This document shows positions 10,862-21,559 of a stretch of DNA of 64,000 bases, piece by piece. The translations under genes were made by a program, and so were the position numbers. The notes under the pieces are model-generated. The model did no database searches. It was given only the letters and a program-made list of their open reading frames with translations, and was not told the origin of the DNA. The stretch spans positions 1 to 64,000 of the forward strand of contig QCDI01000011.1 in the NCBI GenBank assembly GCA_003280965.1, given 5' to 3'. The stretch is from Prochlorococcus sp. AG-355-B18 (GTDB lineage Bacteria > Cyanobacteriota > Cyanobacteriia > PCC-6307 > Cyanobiaceae). Numbering within the stretch: the stretch's first letter is position 1; each line of letters begins with the position of its first letter.

Positions 10862-12019
10862 TCAGCAATCCTTCTCTAAAGAAATTTGACCTAGGTCCTT
10901 CATCATTTCCAGATTTTGTTGACACAATGAAACTATTTCTTCATTTTTAAATCCATCTAAGAAAGCAAGCAATGATATTCCACCAGCACCTACACCTTCT
11001 TTTACATGACCTAATTCATAATCCTTCAATTCTTTGTATTTTGAAGATTTAAAATTTAAAGGACTGGCTAAACCTAATAATTTGACATCATATTTTTCAT
11101 TAATTAGATTTACTAAATCATTTAGAGAATTATCTTTCACAAGCCACCCAGTTGTCGCAATAAAAACATCTTCAATAAATTCATCTTTATGTTTTTCACC
11201 TAAAAATTCTAATACAAGCAAAATGACTGCTAACATCTGACTTCCACCGGACAATATCACAGGTTGTTTTGCTAACCTAGCGCCAATTAATAAACCCATT
11301 GAGAAAGCTTGAAAAGGATCTCCGACTGCTGCGACGACATCAAAAGAGTCAAAATCATTCTTGAGATTTGCATTTAAAAGTCCCTTTTGAACTACTTTTC
11401 TTCTGAGATCTCTTGGAGCTTTAAATAAACTACTCCCTACTAAATTAGACACTCGCAAACCAAAAGCTTCCATTACAGCTTGAGCAGTTGTGGTGCCACC
11501 TGGCACAGATTCAGAAATTAAGATAGGTTGTTTTGAGGATTTTCCTATTTCAAGACCTCTTTTATAGAGATTTACAACTCTATCTCTGGGCATAGATTTA
11601 CCAGTACTAAGACAATTTGATGGTCCCAAATCCCTATCTTCTACAATCAAATGATTAAAATGAGGCTTCACTTCTATTCCCAAAGAAACAATAACTGGAT
11701 AAACATTTAGAAGCTTTGAACAAACATGACTTATTAGGGCCGGGGTTACTCCTGCATTGAGGGGAGGCAATTTATATTTATGATCTTTAGAAGCACCCAT
11801 AAGCAAAAATTCGGCGTCAGCGAGGGCAGTTATTCTCCTTGACTTTGCATTCAAACCGGCAGCGGAAATTCCTGGAATTTGAGATGTATTAGTGCCTGCT
11901 ATTACAAGAAAAATTTTGAAATTATTTATATTATTTTTGAGTATATCTATCTTTTTAAGTTTCGTTTTTTTATTGGATTCATTTCCAAAAAAATTTATCC
12001 CTAACTCTTTACTATACAT
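10862..12019 (-). CDS. cobT: Nicotinate mononucleotide-dependent phosphoribosyltransferase CobT (cyanobacterial/archaeal type)
   Basis: IPGISAAG, ESVPGGTTTA and VKEGVGAGG motifs. Confidence 0.88.
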   Translation of the reverse strand: MYSKELGINFFGNESNKKTKLKKIDILKNNINNFKIFLVIAGTNTSQIPGISAAGLNAKSRRITALADAEFLLMGASKDHKYKLPPLNAGVTPALISHVCSKLLNVYPVIVSLGIEVKPHFNHLIVEDRDLGPSNCLSTGKSMPRDRVVNLYKRGLEIGKSSKQPILISESVPGGTTTAQAVMEAFGLRVSNLVGSSLFKAPRDLRRKVVQKGLLNANLKNDFDSFDVVAAVGDPFQAFSMGLLIGARLAKQPVILSGGSQMLAVILLVLEFLGEKHKDEFIEDVFIATTGWLVKDNSLNDLVNLINEKYDVKLLGLASPLNFKSSKYKELKDYELGHVKEGVGAGGISLLAFLDGFKNEEIVSLCQQNLEMMKDLGQISLEKDC

Positions 12020-12031
12020 TCTTATTTATTT

Positions 12032-12670
12032 TCAATTATTTAAATCAACTAAGCTATTTATTAATCTTGGAGGATCAGGAATAGTTAATTTAAATCTTGG
12101 GAAAAGAGAGTAGGCAACTATGTGTACCGTTAAAACATAAACGATTTCTTGGAAAATTATTAAAAAAATTGCACCTAATTGAATACTTAAAATTGATGGA
12201 GAAAAAGGTAAATTTAATAATCCAATAAACTTTTCTATCAGACCATAACTTGCTCTAGTAATTAACACCCAAAGATTATCTCCAACCAATGTGGATAATG
12301 CTATTACTCGTAGAAAGAAACCTAGGGTTCCAATAATGACTCCAATGGTTAAACTTAATCTCCAACTCTTTTCTTTAAACCAACACCAGCCTAACCAAAA
12401 AGCCAAGATCCCATAAGGGAATAAAAACAAGGTACCTCTAACAGGGCCCATAATTATAAATAAAAGTAGAAATTGTATCAGGAGTCCTTCCAATGCAGTT
12501 TTAGTTCCTCTTCTCAACTGTAAGAGGATTATTGGGAGGGGTAAAATCAACCTTAATAAAGCTCCCCCAATTGGTAAATAATACAAGGCAACCCATAATA
12601 AAGCCGATAAAGATGCGAGATACGAGGTCTCTACAATATTTAATGCTTCAGTTTTTGTTGTTATTTTCAT
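12032..12670 (-). CDS. DUF2232-like membrane protein
   Basis: Multi-pass membrane protein with VETSYLAS and MGPVRG. Confidence 0.7.
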   Translation of the reverse strand: MKITTKTEALNIVETSYLASLSALLWVALYYLPIGGALLRLILPLPIILLQLRRGTKTALEGLLIQFLLLFIIMGPVRGTLFLFPYGILAFWLGWCWFKEKSWRLSLTIGVIIGTLGFFLRVIALSTLVGDNLWVLITRASYGLIEKFIGLLNLPFSPSILSIQLGAIFLIIFQEIVYVLTVHIVAYSLFPRFKLTIPDPPRLINSLVDLNN

Positions 12671-12689
12671 TTTTATTAAATATTTTCAA

Positions 12690-13418
12690 TCAATTTTTAT
12701 TCATAGTTTTATTTTTTGAGTCTAAGATACGTTCAATCTTTTCTATTTCAAAATTTACCTCAGAATTACTCAATATGGAACTCAACTCTTCAGTGGGATC
12801 TTTTGGATCTACATCTTTTAAAATGAATATTATTTTGTAAGATTGAAGCTCAATTTTTCTTTTTTTTGAAAGATTCTTAATTTTTTTATTTTTTTTATCA
12901 TCAAATTTTTTGTTTTCTTTTTCTAAATTTATATCTTTTTTATTTTCTGGAACATTTTTTGGCTTCACTACTTTTTTAATTTTTTTATTTTTTTTATTTT
13001 TTTTATCATCAAATTTTTTGTTTTCTTTTTCTAAATTTATATCTTTTTTATTTTCTGGAACATTTTTTGGCTTCACTACTTTTTTAATTTTTTTATTTTT
13101 TTTATTTTTTTTATCATCAAATTTTTTGTTTTCTTTTTCTAAATTTATATCTTTTTTATTTTCTGGAACATTTTTTGGCTTCACTACTTTTTTAATTTTT
13201 TTATTTTTTTTATTTTTTTTATCATCAAATTTTTTGTTTTCTTTTTCTAAATTTATATCTTTTTTATTTAATAAGTTATTTTGTAAATCTTCATTTTTGC
13301 TTGTTTTTTCTAAATCATTAAAACTACTTTCAAGAAAATTTCCAATCCTCCCTCCAGAGCATGATTGCAAGAAAATTAAAAAAATTAATAAAAAAAATTC
13401 TTTTTTTTTTAAAATCAT
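12690..13418 (-). CDS. Hypothetical lipoprotein with Lys-rich 36-aa repeats
   Basis: Hydrophobic signal ending LQSC; repeated KKDINLEKENKKFDDKKNKKNKKIKKVVKPKNVPEN; non-repetitive C-terminal YKIIFILKDVDPKDP domain. Confidence 0.75.
   Translation of the reverse strand: MILKKKEFFLLIFLIFLQSCSGGRIGNFLESSFNDLEKTSKNEDLQNNLLNKKDINLEKENKKFDDKKNKKNKKIKKVVKPKNVPENKKDINLEKENKKFDDKKNKKNKKIKKVVKPKNVPENKKDINLEKENKKFDDKKNKKNKKIKKVVKPKNVPENKKDINLEKENKKFDDKKNKKIKNLSKKRKIELQSYKIIFILKDVDPKDPTEELSSILSNSEVNFEIEKIERILDSKNKTMNKN
12881..13269. repeat. 108-bp tandem repeat, ~3.6 copies
   Basis: TTCTAAATTTATATC recurs at 12921, 13029, 13137 and 13245; the copies appear identical. Confidence 0.95.
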
Positions 13419-13425
13419 ATTTTTT

Positions 13426-16032
13426 CTAACTTTTCTTTTTCCTTGTAGTTTTTTTATTACTAATCTTTGTTTTTTTTAAAATTGTGCCTTTTTTATCTTT
13501 TAGTTTTTCTTCTAAAAGAGATACTGCTTCATCTATGGTAAATTTTTCTATGTCAGTATCTTTGGCAATCGAAACATTAGTTTTGCCACATTTTAAATAG
13601 ACACCATATCTTCCATTTAATATTTGAATTTTTTCTTTAAATTCTTTCGGTTTACCAAAGTCTTTAAGTACCTCTTGACCACCTCTACCCATTTTTGGCA
13701 TCGCAAGAATTTCTAATGCTCGTTTTATATCAACAGTAAAAACATCATCCTCTTTCTTTAAGGATCTATTTTCAGATTCAGATTCATTTTTAATCCATTT
13801 GATGTAAGGGCCAAATCTTCCTCTATCAGCTTCAACAACTCCTCCTTCAGGATGAACTCCTAACAATCTAGGTAAACTTAAAAGTACAAGCGCCTCATCT
13901 AGAGTTAGATCATCAGTTTTCAACTCTTTGGGCAATGAAGCTCTTCTTGGTTTAGCTTTATCTTGATCATTATTTCCCAATTGTACGTAAGGTCCATAAG
14001 GGCCAAATCTTAAAAAGACTTTTTCCCCAGTTTTCGGGTCAGTTCCAAGATCTGATGGGCCACTTAAAATTTGATCAACTTGCTCTATATCTAAATCTCC
14101 AGGAGTAATATCCATTGGAAGATTACCTTTAGCCTGAATTTCATTACCAGATTCATCAATTTTTGTACCCTCTAGCCAAGGTCCGTTAGAGCCTATTCTG
14201 ACTACGCAAGGAAGGTCTTCGAAATCAACTTGTCTATAAGCTTTACCATCAATATCACCCTCTGTTTTCTGAACTTTTACCTCCAAACCATTTTTACCTT
14301 TATAGAAAGTTTCTAGGTATGGTAGCCACTCAAGATTACCAGAAGATATTTCATCCAATGAAGATTCCATTTTTGCAGTAAAAGTAGTATCAACCAAATC
14401 AGGAAAATGTTCTTCTAATAGTGCAGTAACAGCAAAAGCTGTAAACGTTGGAGCCAAAGTATTGGAAGATATATTCGCATAACCTCTATCAACTATGGTC
14501 CCAATAATACTGGCATAGGTGGAAGGTCTCCCAATTCCTTCTTTTTCAAGAACTTTAACTAATGCAGCCTCTGTATATCTTGCAGGAGGTTTAGTTTCAT
14601 GAAAAGTAGATTCCTTATTAGTAACTTCAAGACATGTTCCAGTTGTTAAGTTTGGGAGAATAATTTCTTGTTGTTCAAGGGATGAACTTGGGTCATCACT
14701 TCCCTCGACATAAGCTCTGAAGAATCCTGCGAAATCAATACTTTTCCCGCTCGATTTAAATAATCCATCCCCTACGCTAATTTCAGCATTAATCATTGTT
14801 AACCTAGCTTCCGCCATTTGACTAGCTACAGTTCTTTTCCAAATTAAATCGTAAAGTGATAAGTCTCTACCAGTTAGATTAGTTTCCTTTGGCGTTTTAA
14901 ATACCTCACCTGCCGGCCTAATAGCTTCGTGTGCTTCTTGAGCATTTCTTGCAGTTGAATTAAATTGTCTTGGTGAGTTAGATAAATATTCTTTTCCATA
15001 CATAGAACTGACACATTCTCTAGCAGCTCTTGTAGCTTGTTCGGAGAGATGAACTGAATCAGTTCTCATATATGTTATGAAACCTCTCTCATATAGACCT
15101 TGCGCACATCTCATAGTTTCTCTTGCAGACAAACGAAGCTTCCTATTTGCTTCTTGTTGTAATGTGCTAGTTGTAAATGGAGGAACTGGCTTACGGGTGG
15201 ATGGCTTTTTTTCGATTTTTGAGACTAACCAATCCTCTGAGGAAAAAGTCTTCAATAAATCATTTACTTGTTCTTCTCCAATTATTAAAGATTTGTTTCC
15301 TTGTTTTAATTTACCGGTTTGTTCGTCGAAATCGGAACCATTAGAAATTCTTTGTCCGTTTAAACTGAATAATTTAGTTTCGAAAGTAATATTATCTTTT
15401 ACTAGGGAAGCTTTAATCCCCCAGTAACTAGCTTTTTTAAAGGATCTTCTTTCTCTCTCTCGCCTAACAAGAAGTCTTACAGAAACTGATTGGACACGAC
15501 CAGCAGATAGTCGAGGAGCTACCTTCTTCCAAAGTAAAGGAGATAATTCATATCCAAAAAGCCTGTCCAAGATTCTTCTTGTTTCTTGAGCCTGAACAAG
15601 TTCCATATCAATTTCTCTTGTTTGGTCTAAAGCTTTATTAATTGCCTTTTTTGTGATTTCATGAAAAACCATTCTCTTAGTTGGTATTTTAGGCTTAAGT
15701 ATTTGCAAGAGATGCCAGCTAATACTCTCTCCCTCTCTATCTTCATCAGTTGCCAATAATAGCTGGTTCGCACCTTTCAATGCATCTTTTAACTCTTTAA
15801 CAACCTTTTTCTTATCTTTTGGAACTATATAAAGTGGTTCAAAATCTTCTGTTGTATTAACTCCTATCCTTGACCATTTTTCCTTTTTAACCGCAGCAGG
15901 TATTTCAGCAGCTCCTTTTGGAAGATCTCTTACATGTCCCATTGAAGCGAGAACTTCATAATTAGGAGGCAAAAACTTTCTTATAGTTTTTGCTTTGGTG
16001 GGACTTTCAACAATAACAAGTGTGTGATCCAA
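13426..16032 (-). CDS. topA: DNA topoisomerase I
   Basis: VIVESPTKAK, ATDEDREGE, SAGRVQS and ITYMRTD motifs. Confidence 0.98.
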   Translation of the reverse strand: MDHTLVIVESPTKAKTIRKFLPPNYEVLASMGHVRDLPKGAAEIPAAVKKEKWSRIGVNTTEDFEPLYIVPKDKKKVVKELKDALKGANQLLLATDEDREGESISWHLLQILKPKIPTKRMVFHEITKKAINKALDQTREIDMELVQAQETRRILDRLFGYELSPLLWKKVAPRLSAGRVQSVSVRLLVRRERERRSFKKASYWGIKASLVKDNITFETKLFSLNGQRISNGSDFDEQTGKLKQGNKSLIIGEEQVNDLLKTFSSEDWLVSKIEKKPSTRKPVPPFTTSTLQQEANRKLRLSARETMRCAQGLYERGFITYMRTDSVHLSEQATRAARECVSSMYGKEYLSNSPRQFNSTARNAQEAHEAIRPAGEVFKTPKETNLTGRDLSLYDLIWKRTVASQMAEARLTMINAEISVGDGLFKSSGKSIDFAGFFRAYVEGSDDPSSSLEQQEIILPNLTTGTCLEVTNKESTFHETKPPARYTEAALVKVLEKEGIGRPSTYASIIGTIVDRGYANISSNTLAPTFTAFAVTALLEEHFPDLVDTTFTAKMESSLDEISSGNLEWLPYLETFYKGKNGLEVKVQKTEGDIDGKAYRQVDFEDLPCVVRIGSNGPWLEGTKIDESGNEIQAKGNLPMDITPGDLDIEQVDQILSGPSDLGTDPKTGEKVFLRFGPYGPYVQLGNNDQDKAKPRRASLPKELKTDDLTLDEALVLLSLPRLLGVHPEGGVVEADRGRFGPYIKWIKNESESENRSLKKEDDVFTVDIKRALEILAMPKMGRGGQEVLKDFGKPKEFKEKIQILNGRYGVYLKCGKTNVSIAKDTDIEKFTIDEAVSLLEEKLKDKKGTILKKTKISNKKTTRKKKS

Positions 16033-16207
16033 GGTTTATTTCAAAAATTGGTGTTTTTGTTCTGTTAGGGCATATTATGATTATTTGAAGCTTTTTCAAG
16101 TATTTTCTTCTGAAAATTTCAAAAATCATACCCACAAATTATAATCAAGTTAAGATTAACTCTTAGACCCTTACAATCAAACATCTAATTTAATCCATTT
16201 TAATAAA

Positions 16208-17728
16208 GTGCCCAACGAAATCTTTACAATTAATTTAAATGCTCAAGCCATTATTCCAGAGGCTTTTATTTTATTAGGTATTGTTGGAACACTTCTTGTA
16301 GATTTAGCTGGAGAAAAAACTGCATCAAAATGGGCACCAATAATTTCCTATTTATCAATTGGCAGCTCTCTCGTTAGTTTGGCATTGCAATGGAGTAATC
16401 CTGTAGAAAGCGCATTCCTTGGGTCTTTTAATTCAGATAATTTAGCAATCGCATTTAGAGCAATAATTTCTTTATCAACCTTAATATCTTTACTTATAAG
16501 TTGGCGGTATACAGAACAAAGTGGTAGCCCAATTGGCGAGTTTGCTGCGATAGTTCTTTCGGCCACCCTTGGAGCAATGCTTTTGTGTGGATCTACTGAC
16601 CTTATTAGTGTATTTATATCTCTGGAAACTTTATCTGTAGCAAGTTACTTACTTTCTGGTTACCTCAAGAGAGATCCAAGAAGTTCAGAAGCGGCCTTAA
16701 AATACCTCCTTGTTGGATCAGCTGCTGCTGCGGTCTATTTGTATGGATCCTCTTTTCTTTATGGATTAAGTGGTTCAACAAACTTAACGACCATAGGTTT
16801 AGAAATTATCAATAAGCCATCCTTTATTACTTCACTAGCTCTTGTATTTGTCTTATCAACAGTTGCCTTTAAAATTGCTGCTGTTCCCTTTCATCAATGG
16901 ACTCCTGATGTATATGAGGGTTCACCTACACCTGTAGTAGCTTTTTTATCTGTTGGTTCAAAAACAGCGGGCTTTGCATTTGCAATAAGAATATTAAGCA
17001 CAACTTTCTCTTCTTTTGACGAAGAATGGAAACTTTTATTTACTATTTTGGCAATATTGAGCATGGCTCTAGGAAATGTTGTAGCTCTAGCTCAAACCTC
17101 CATGAAAAGGATGCTAGCTTACAGTTCTATTGGACAAGCAGGATTTGTAATGATTGGAATAGTATCTGGCACACAAGATGGTTTATCAGCTGCTGTTTTA
17201 TATTTGGCTGCATATTTGTTTATGAATTTGGGTGCATTTTCTTGTGTAATACTTTTCTCACTAAGAACTGGTTCCGACAGAATTCTTGATTACTCAGGAC
17301 TTTACCAAAAAGATCCTCTCATTACATTAGGCTTAAGCCTTTGTCTTCTATCTCTTGGAGGGTTACCTCCAATGTTGGGATTTTTTGGAAAGATATACTT
17401 GTTCTTTGCAGGTTGGGCAAATCATCAATATCTACTAGTAATTGTTGGATTAGTAACTTCAGTTATATCTATTTATTACTACATTTCAGTGATAAAAATG
17501 ATGGTAGTTAAAGAACCACAGGAAGCTTCTGAAATAGTCAAATCATATCCAGAAATTAATTGGGGAATTGTAGGATTACCTCCCTTGAGAATTGCACTTT
17601 ATACTTGCGTGGCGGTAACTGCTCTTGGAGGAATCCTATCTAATCCTCTTTTTAAATTAGCCAATACAGCAGTTTCAGAAACTCCTTTCTTACAAGATAT
17701 TATTGCTACAGCAAACAATATTTCCTAG
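16208..17728 (+). CDS. ndhB: NAD(P)H-quinone oxidoreductase subunit 2
   Basis: [20 protein letters not shown] and KRMLAYSSI motifs. Confidence 0.96.
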   Translation: MPNEIFTINLNAQAIIPEAFILLGIVGTLLVDLAGEKTASKWAPIISYLSIGSSLVSLALQWSNPVESAFLGSFNSDNLAIAFRAIISLSTLISLLISWRYTEQSGSPIGEFAAIVLSATLGAMLLCGSTDLISVFISLETLSVASYLLSGYLKRDPRSSEAALKYLLVGSAAAAVYLYGSSFLYGLSGSTNLTTIGLEIINKPSFITSLALVFVLSTVAFKIAAVPFHQWTPDVYEGSPTPVVAFLSVGSKTAGFAFAIRILSTTFSSFDEEWKLLFTILAILSMALGNVVALAQTSMKRMLAYSSIGQAGFVMIGIVSGTQDGLSAAVLYLAAYLFMNLGAFSCVILFSLRTGSDRILDYSGLYQKDPLITLGLSLCLLSLGGLPPMLGFFGKIYLFFAGWANHQYLLVIVGLVTSVISIYYYISVIKMMVVKEPQEASEIVKSYPEINWGIVGLPPLRIALYTCVAVTALGGILSNPLFKLANTAVSETPFLQDIIATANNIS

Positions 17729-17744
17729 AAGAATTCTTCAATAA

Positions 17745-18431
17745 ATGTCTAAGAAAGTTGCAAGTTTAGAAAATATATCTAAAACATATGGGAAAGAGGA
17801 TTTAACTGTCAAAGCCTTAGACAGCATAAATTTAGAAATTTATAAAGGTGATTATTTAGCTGTAATGGGGGCAAGTGGCTCAGGTAAAAGTACAGCTATG
17901 AATATTATTGGATGTTTAGATAGACCATCTGAAGGTATTTATAAATTAAATGGTATTCCTGTTGAGAATTTATCTGATGATGAGCTCGCGGAAATACGTA
18001 ACCAAAAATTAGGCTTCGTTTTTCAACAATTTCATCTTCTTTCAGACGCAACTGCACTTGAAAACGTAACTTTGCCCATGATTTATGCTGGTATTGGGCC
18101 TGAGCAAAGATTAGAGCGAGGTAAGAATGCCTTAAAAAAAGTTGGTCTTTCAGAAAGGATGAATAATCGCCCAAACCAATTATCAGGGGGTCAACAACAA
18201 CGAGTTGCTATTGCGAGGGCTATTATCAACAACCCTGCAATTTTGTTGGCCGACGAACCTACTGGAGCACTAGATTCAAAAACCACTGAAGATGTATTAG
18301 ATCTTTTTGACAAACTGCATGAATCTGGAATAACTATAGTTTTAGTTACGCATGAAGATGAAGTTGCAAATCGGGCAAAAAAAATAGCTAAATTTAAGGA
18401 TGGAAGAATAGTTGAATTAAAAGTTAATTAA
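17745..18431 (+). CDS. ABC ATP-binding protein (LolD/MacB-type)
   Basis: GASGSGKS, LSGGQQQRV, LADEPTGALD. Confidence 0.9.
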   Translation: MSKKVASLENISKTYGKEDLTVKALDSINLEIYKGDYLAVMGASGSGKSTAMNIIGCLDRPSEGIYKLNGIPVENLSDDELAEIRNQKLGFVFQQFHLLSDATALENVTLPMIYAGIGPEQRLERGKNALKKVGLSERMNNRPNQLSGGQQQRVAIARAIINNPAILLADEPTGALDSKTTEDVLDLFDKLHESGITIVLVTHEDEVANRAKKIAKFKDGRIVELKVN

Positions 18432-18433
18432 AT

Positions 18434-19183
18434 TCAAGACCTCCTAATTACCTTCACTTGAGTTTCATTTTCAATTCTTAAATTCCCATTCGAATCAATA
18501 TCTTTAATTTTCCATGTATGAGGACAATAACCACTAGGTAAAAAACTTTTAGTAAGAAACTTATTTGCAGATTTAATTACATATTCTTTCTTCTTATTAC
18601 ATTCAATTGAATCATTAAAAGCTTTAAGAACTTTGGCTGTCCAATAATGTTGATTAATATTCTTAGTTTGAAGTACTTTTGATAATGAAATACCTTCTGA
18701 TGGAGTGTAATTTAAAACATTCATGCCAATTCCTACTCTTACGTAGATAATTTCTTTTCCTCTTGTAATAACCCTTGGCAAAAATCCAATCAACTTTTTT
18801 GAACCAAGAAAAATATCATTTGGCCATTTCAAACAAACATTTATATTCTCTTGTCTAAGCATTTCACATAACTTAATACCTAAAGACAAATTAAAAATTT
18901 GACATTCAAATTCTTTTGAAAATATTGGGTAAGCTGCACTTAACCAAATCCCGCCTTTTGGTGAAATCCAAGTTTTTGAGTTTTGGCCAACTCCTGAGAA
19001 CTGTTCTCTTGCGATTATAGCTACAGGCTTATTTTTTTTTATTTCACAATATTCAAAAAAGTTTGTTAGCTCATTTTCGGTACTTTTACATTTTATTTTG
19101 TAATGAAGTGTCCAGGTTGGATATTGACCCTGAATTTTTTTTAAATAAAAAACTGTCTTAGCTGCAGGTCCAATAACTTTCAC
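18434..19183 (-). CDS. birA: Biotin-protein ligase
   Basis: STEN, W.SPKGG and LKWPND motifs. Confidence 0.88.
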   Translation of the reverse strand: MKVIGPAAKTVFYLKKIQGQYPTWTLHYKIKCKSTENELTNFFEYCEIKKNKPVAIIAREQFSGVGQNSKTWISPKGGIWLSAAYPIFSKEFECQIFNLSLGIKLCEMLRQENINVCLKWPNDIFLGSKKLIGFLPRVITRGKEIIYVRVGIGMNVLNYTPSEGISLSKVLQTKNINQHYWTAKVLKAFNDSIECNKKKEYVIKSANKFLTKSFLPSGYCPHTWKIKDIDSNGNLRIENETQVKVIRRS

Positions 19184-19258
19184 AAATTTTTTATTAAAAC
19201 AACGAGCATCTTTTTAAAGATTAGATTAACTTTAGTCTTAATAAGTAAATTTTACAAA

Positions 19259-19744
19259 TTGGACAAAAAGTATTTGCCAATAGTGAATAGAAGGAATCCA
19301 CATCCATTAAAAAATTGTCTTGATAATTTCAAAAAATCATGCGGAGACCTAGATAAACTCTCTAAAATCAACGAAAACTGGAAGAACTTAATCGGATTAG
19401 AACTATTTCAAGAATGTCAACCATTAAATATTGAAAAAAAAATACTTACTATTGCAGTAAATCATCCACAGTGGCGCCAAGCTTTAATCTATAACAAGCA
19501 TAAATTAAAAGAGAGAATAGAGAAAATTGGAATAACTTTAAATGAAATAAAAATAATACAAAATTATGAAATTAAAAATAAAAATATCAAAGCTACTAAT
19601 GCAAAGATAGTTTGGGCAAAGCATCCAAGCAGAATCAGTCAAAATAATATGTGCATTTGTGCTATTTGTAATTCCCCTACTCCTGAGGGAGAAATCAAAA
19701 GATGGGGAAAGTGTTCTTTTTGTTGGAGAAAAATAAAAAACTAA
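19259..19744 (+). CDS. DUF721/DciA-like Zn-ribbon protein
   Basis: LTIAVNHPQWRQ; C-terminal CAIC...CSFC. Confidence 0.7.
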   Translation: MDKKYLPIVNRRNPHPLKNCLDNFKKSCGDLDKLSKINENWKNLIGLELFQECQPLNIEKKILTIAVNHPQWRQALIYNKHKLKERIEKIGITLNEIKIIQNYEIKNKNIKATNAKIVWAKHPSRISQNNMCICAICNSPTPEGEIKRWGKCSFCWRKIKN

Positions 19745-19749
19745 ATTCT

Positions 19750-20451
19750 TTATTTAACTAAAATTAGTATTCCCATTTGCCCCCCCAAAATAGTCCTATA
19801 TTCAGCTTTTTTAAATCCAACTTCCTTAGCAATATTTATAAGCTCATTTTTCTTTGGAAAATTACTAATACTTTTTTCAATATATGCGTACTCTGGACCT
19901 AAATTAAAAAGCCGCGAAATCGTTACTACAATTAATCTCAAATAAATTTTCTGAAAAATATTGGATAAAGAATTTCTTGTTGAGTGATTAAAATCCAAAA
20001 ATCCTGCCCTTCCCTTATCCTTCAAAAGATCAAAAACTTTTTTTATTCCTTCTTCAACATTATTTAAGTTTCTAAGTCCATATGACATGCAAATCCCATC
20101 AAAATTTTTTGAATAATCATTAATTTCTAGTACATCTTTAATTTCCCACTTAATAAATTTATTTTTTTTAAGCTCTGATTTTTTTTTTGCAATATTTAAG
20201 ATATCCACTGCACTGTCAATCCCAGTAATTGAACCCCCTGGACTAACTCTTTCAGAAATTAAGAATGCTAAATCTCCAGTTCCACAGCATAAATCAGCCC
20301 AATCTTCGCCATTTAAAGGTTCTAATAAATTAACTAATTTCCTTTTCCATAATCTGTGCAGCCCAAAACTTAATAGATTATTTAAAAAGTCATATTTATA
20401 AGAAATTTTATTAAATATATTTTTGACTTCGATAGTTTTTGTGAATTTCAT
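19750..20451 (-). CDS. menG: UbiE/MenG-family C-methyltransferase
   Basis: YDFLNNLLSFGLHRLW, DLCCGTGD and YGLRN motifs. Confidence 0.85.
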   Translation of the reverse strand: MKFTKTIEVKNIFNKISYKYDFLNNLLSFGLHRLWKRKLVNLLEPLNGEDWADLCCGTGDLAFLISERVSPGGSITGIDSAVDILNIAKKKSELKKNKFIKWEIKDVLEINDYSKNFDGICMSYGLRNLNNVEEGIKKVFDLLKDKGRAGFLDFNHSTRNSLSNIFQKIYLRLIVVTISRLFNLGPEYAYIEKSISNFPKKNELINIAKEVGFKKAEYRTILGGQMGILILVK

Positions 20452-20496
20452 TTTTAAATTTTTAAACTTATTTTTTTTTGGTATTAAATTAAATTT

Positions 20497-21267
20497 TTAT
20501 TCATATGGTCTAATTGGAAGATTTTTTTCGAGAAGGAAAGTTTTTATTTCTTGTAGAGTAAGTTTCTTATCATGAAGTAATGATGCCAAAAGTGCGGCAG
20601 ATGCCCTACCTTCATTGAAAACATCATAGATATCTTCTAAACAACCTGCCCCTCCGGAAGCAATTACTGGGATATCAACAATATTTGCAACAGATTCTGT
20701 CAAATTTAAATCATATCCATTCTGTGTTCCATCACCATCCATTGAAGTAAGCAAAATTTCCCCTGCGCCTAACTCCTCAACTTTCTTTGCCCAACTTAAT
20801 ACATCTATACCAGTATTTTCTCTCCCTCCTTTCACATATACCTCCCATTCATCAGTCTTATCAACTTTTCTTCGAGCATCAATTGCTATAACGATGCATT
20901 GATTACCAAATTCTCTAGAACTTTCAGAAATTAAATCTGGATTTTTAACAGCAGAAGAATTCAAACTCACTTTATCTGCTCCTGCTCTTAAAAGATCATT
21001 GATAGAAGAAACAGAATCTATTCCTCCACCTACTGTAAAAGGAATTTTTACTGATTTTGCTGTCCTAGAAACAAGGTCAACTAATGTATTCCTATTCTCC
21101 ACGGTTGCTCTAATATCTAAAAATACCAATTCATCTGCGCCTTCATCAGAGTACCTACAAGCCAATTCAACAGGATCTCCTGAGTCTCTCAAGTTAACAA
21201 AATTTACACCTTTAACCACTCTGCCATTGGCGACATCTAAACAAGGAATTAAACGAAGAGCTACCAT
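20497..21267 (-). CDS. hisF: Imidazole glycerol phosphate synthase cyclase subunit
   Basis: [17 protein letters not shown] and [10 protein letters not shown]. Confidence 0.97.
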   Translation of the reverse strand: MVALRLIPCLDVANGRVVKGVNFVNLRDSGDPVELACRYSDEGADELVFLDIRATVENRNTLVDLVSRTAKSVKIPFTVGGGIDSVSSINDLLRAGADKVSLNSSAVKNPDLISESSREFGNQCIVIAIDARRKVDKTDEWEVYVKGGRENTGIDVLSWAKKVEELGAGEILLTSMDGDGTQNGYDLNLTESVANIVDIPVIASGGAGCLEDIYDVFNEGRASAALLASLLHDKKLTLQEIKTFLLEKNLPIRPYE

Positions 21268-21326
21268 TTTAGTAAAAATTGTCCAAATGCTGTTAATCTT
21301 GCATAATAGCTTCCATTTTACCTCTT

Positions 21327-21551
21327 ATGGCTGAAACAAAATTATTACCCAAAATCGGTAGTAAAATTAAAATTAACATTAACAAAGTAAAAGATAGACT
21401 ACCAGCTAAATTAATTAATCAAATATCCTCTAATCCGAAAGCCATAATAACAGGCTATAAAATGACTGACGGCAGGAGTATTGGCATCACCGCAAAATTT
21501 CAGAATGGTGAGCAAAATTGGTTTTTCCCAGAAGAAATTGAGAAAGGTTAA
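21327..21551 (+). CDS. petP: DUF2862 / cytochrome b6f-associated PetP-like protein
   Basis: VKDRLP...GYKMTDG..IG...WFF pattern; upstream of chlG. Confidence 0.6.
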   Translation: MAETKLLPKIGSKIKININKVKDRLPAKLINQISSNPKAIITGYKMTDGRSIGITAKFQNGEQNWFFPEEIEKG

Positions 21552-21559
21552 AGAGTAAA

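Noticed and set aside
1..13269. The 45-bp and 108-bp repeats as CRISPR arrays
   Set aside because: They are contiguous in-frame coding repeats with no spacers and no cas genes.
12910..13479. 189-aa Phe-rich plus-strand ORF
   Set aside because: It is the antisense shadow of the Lys-rich repeat lipoprotein.
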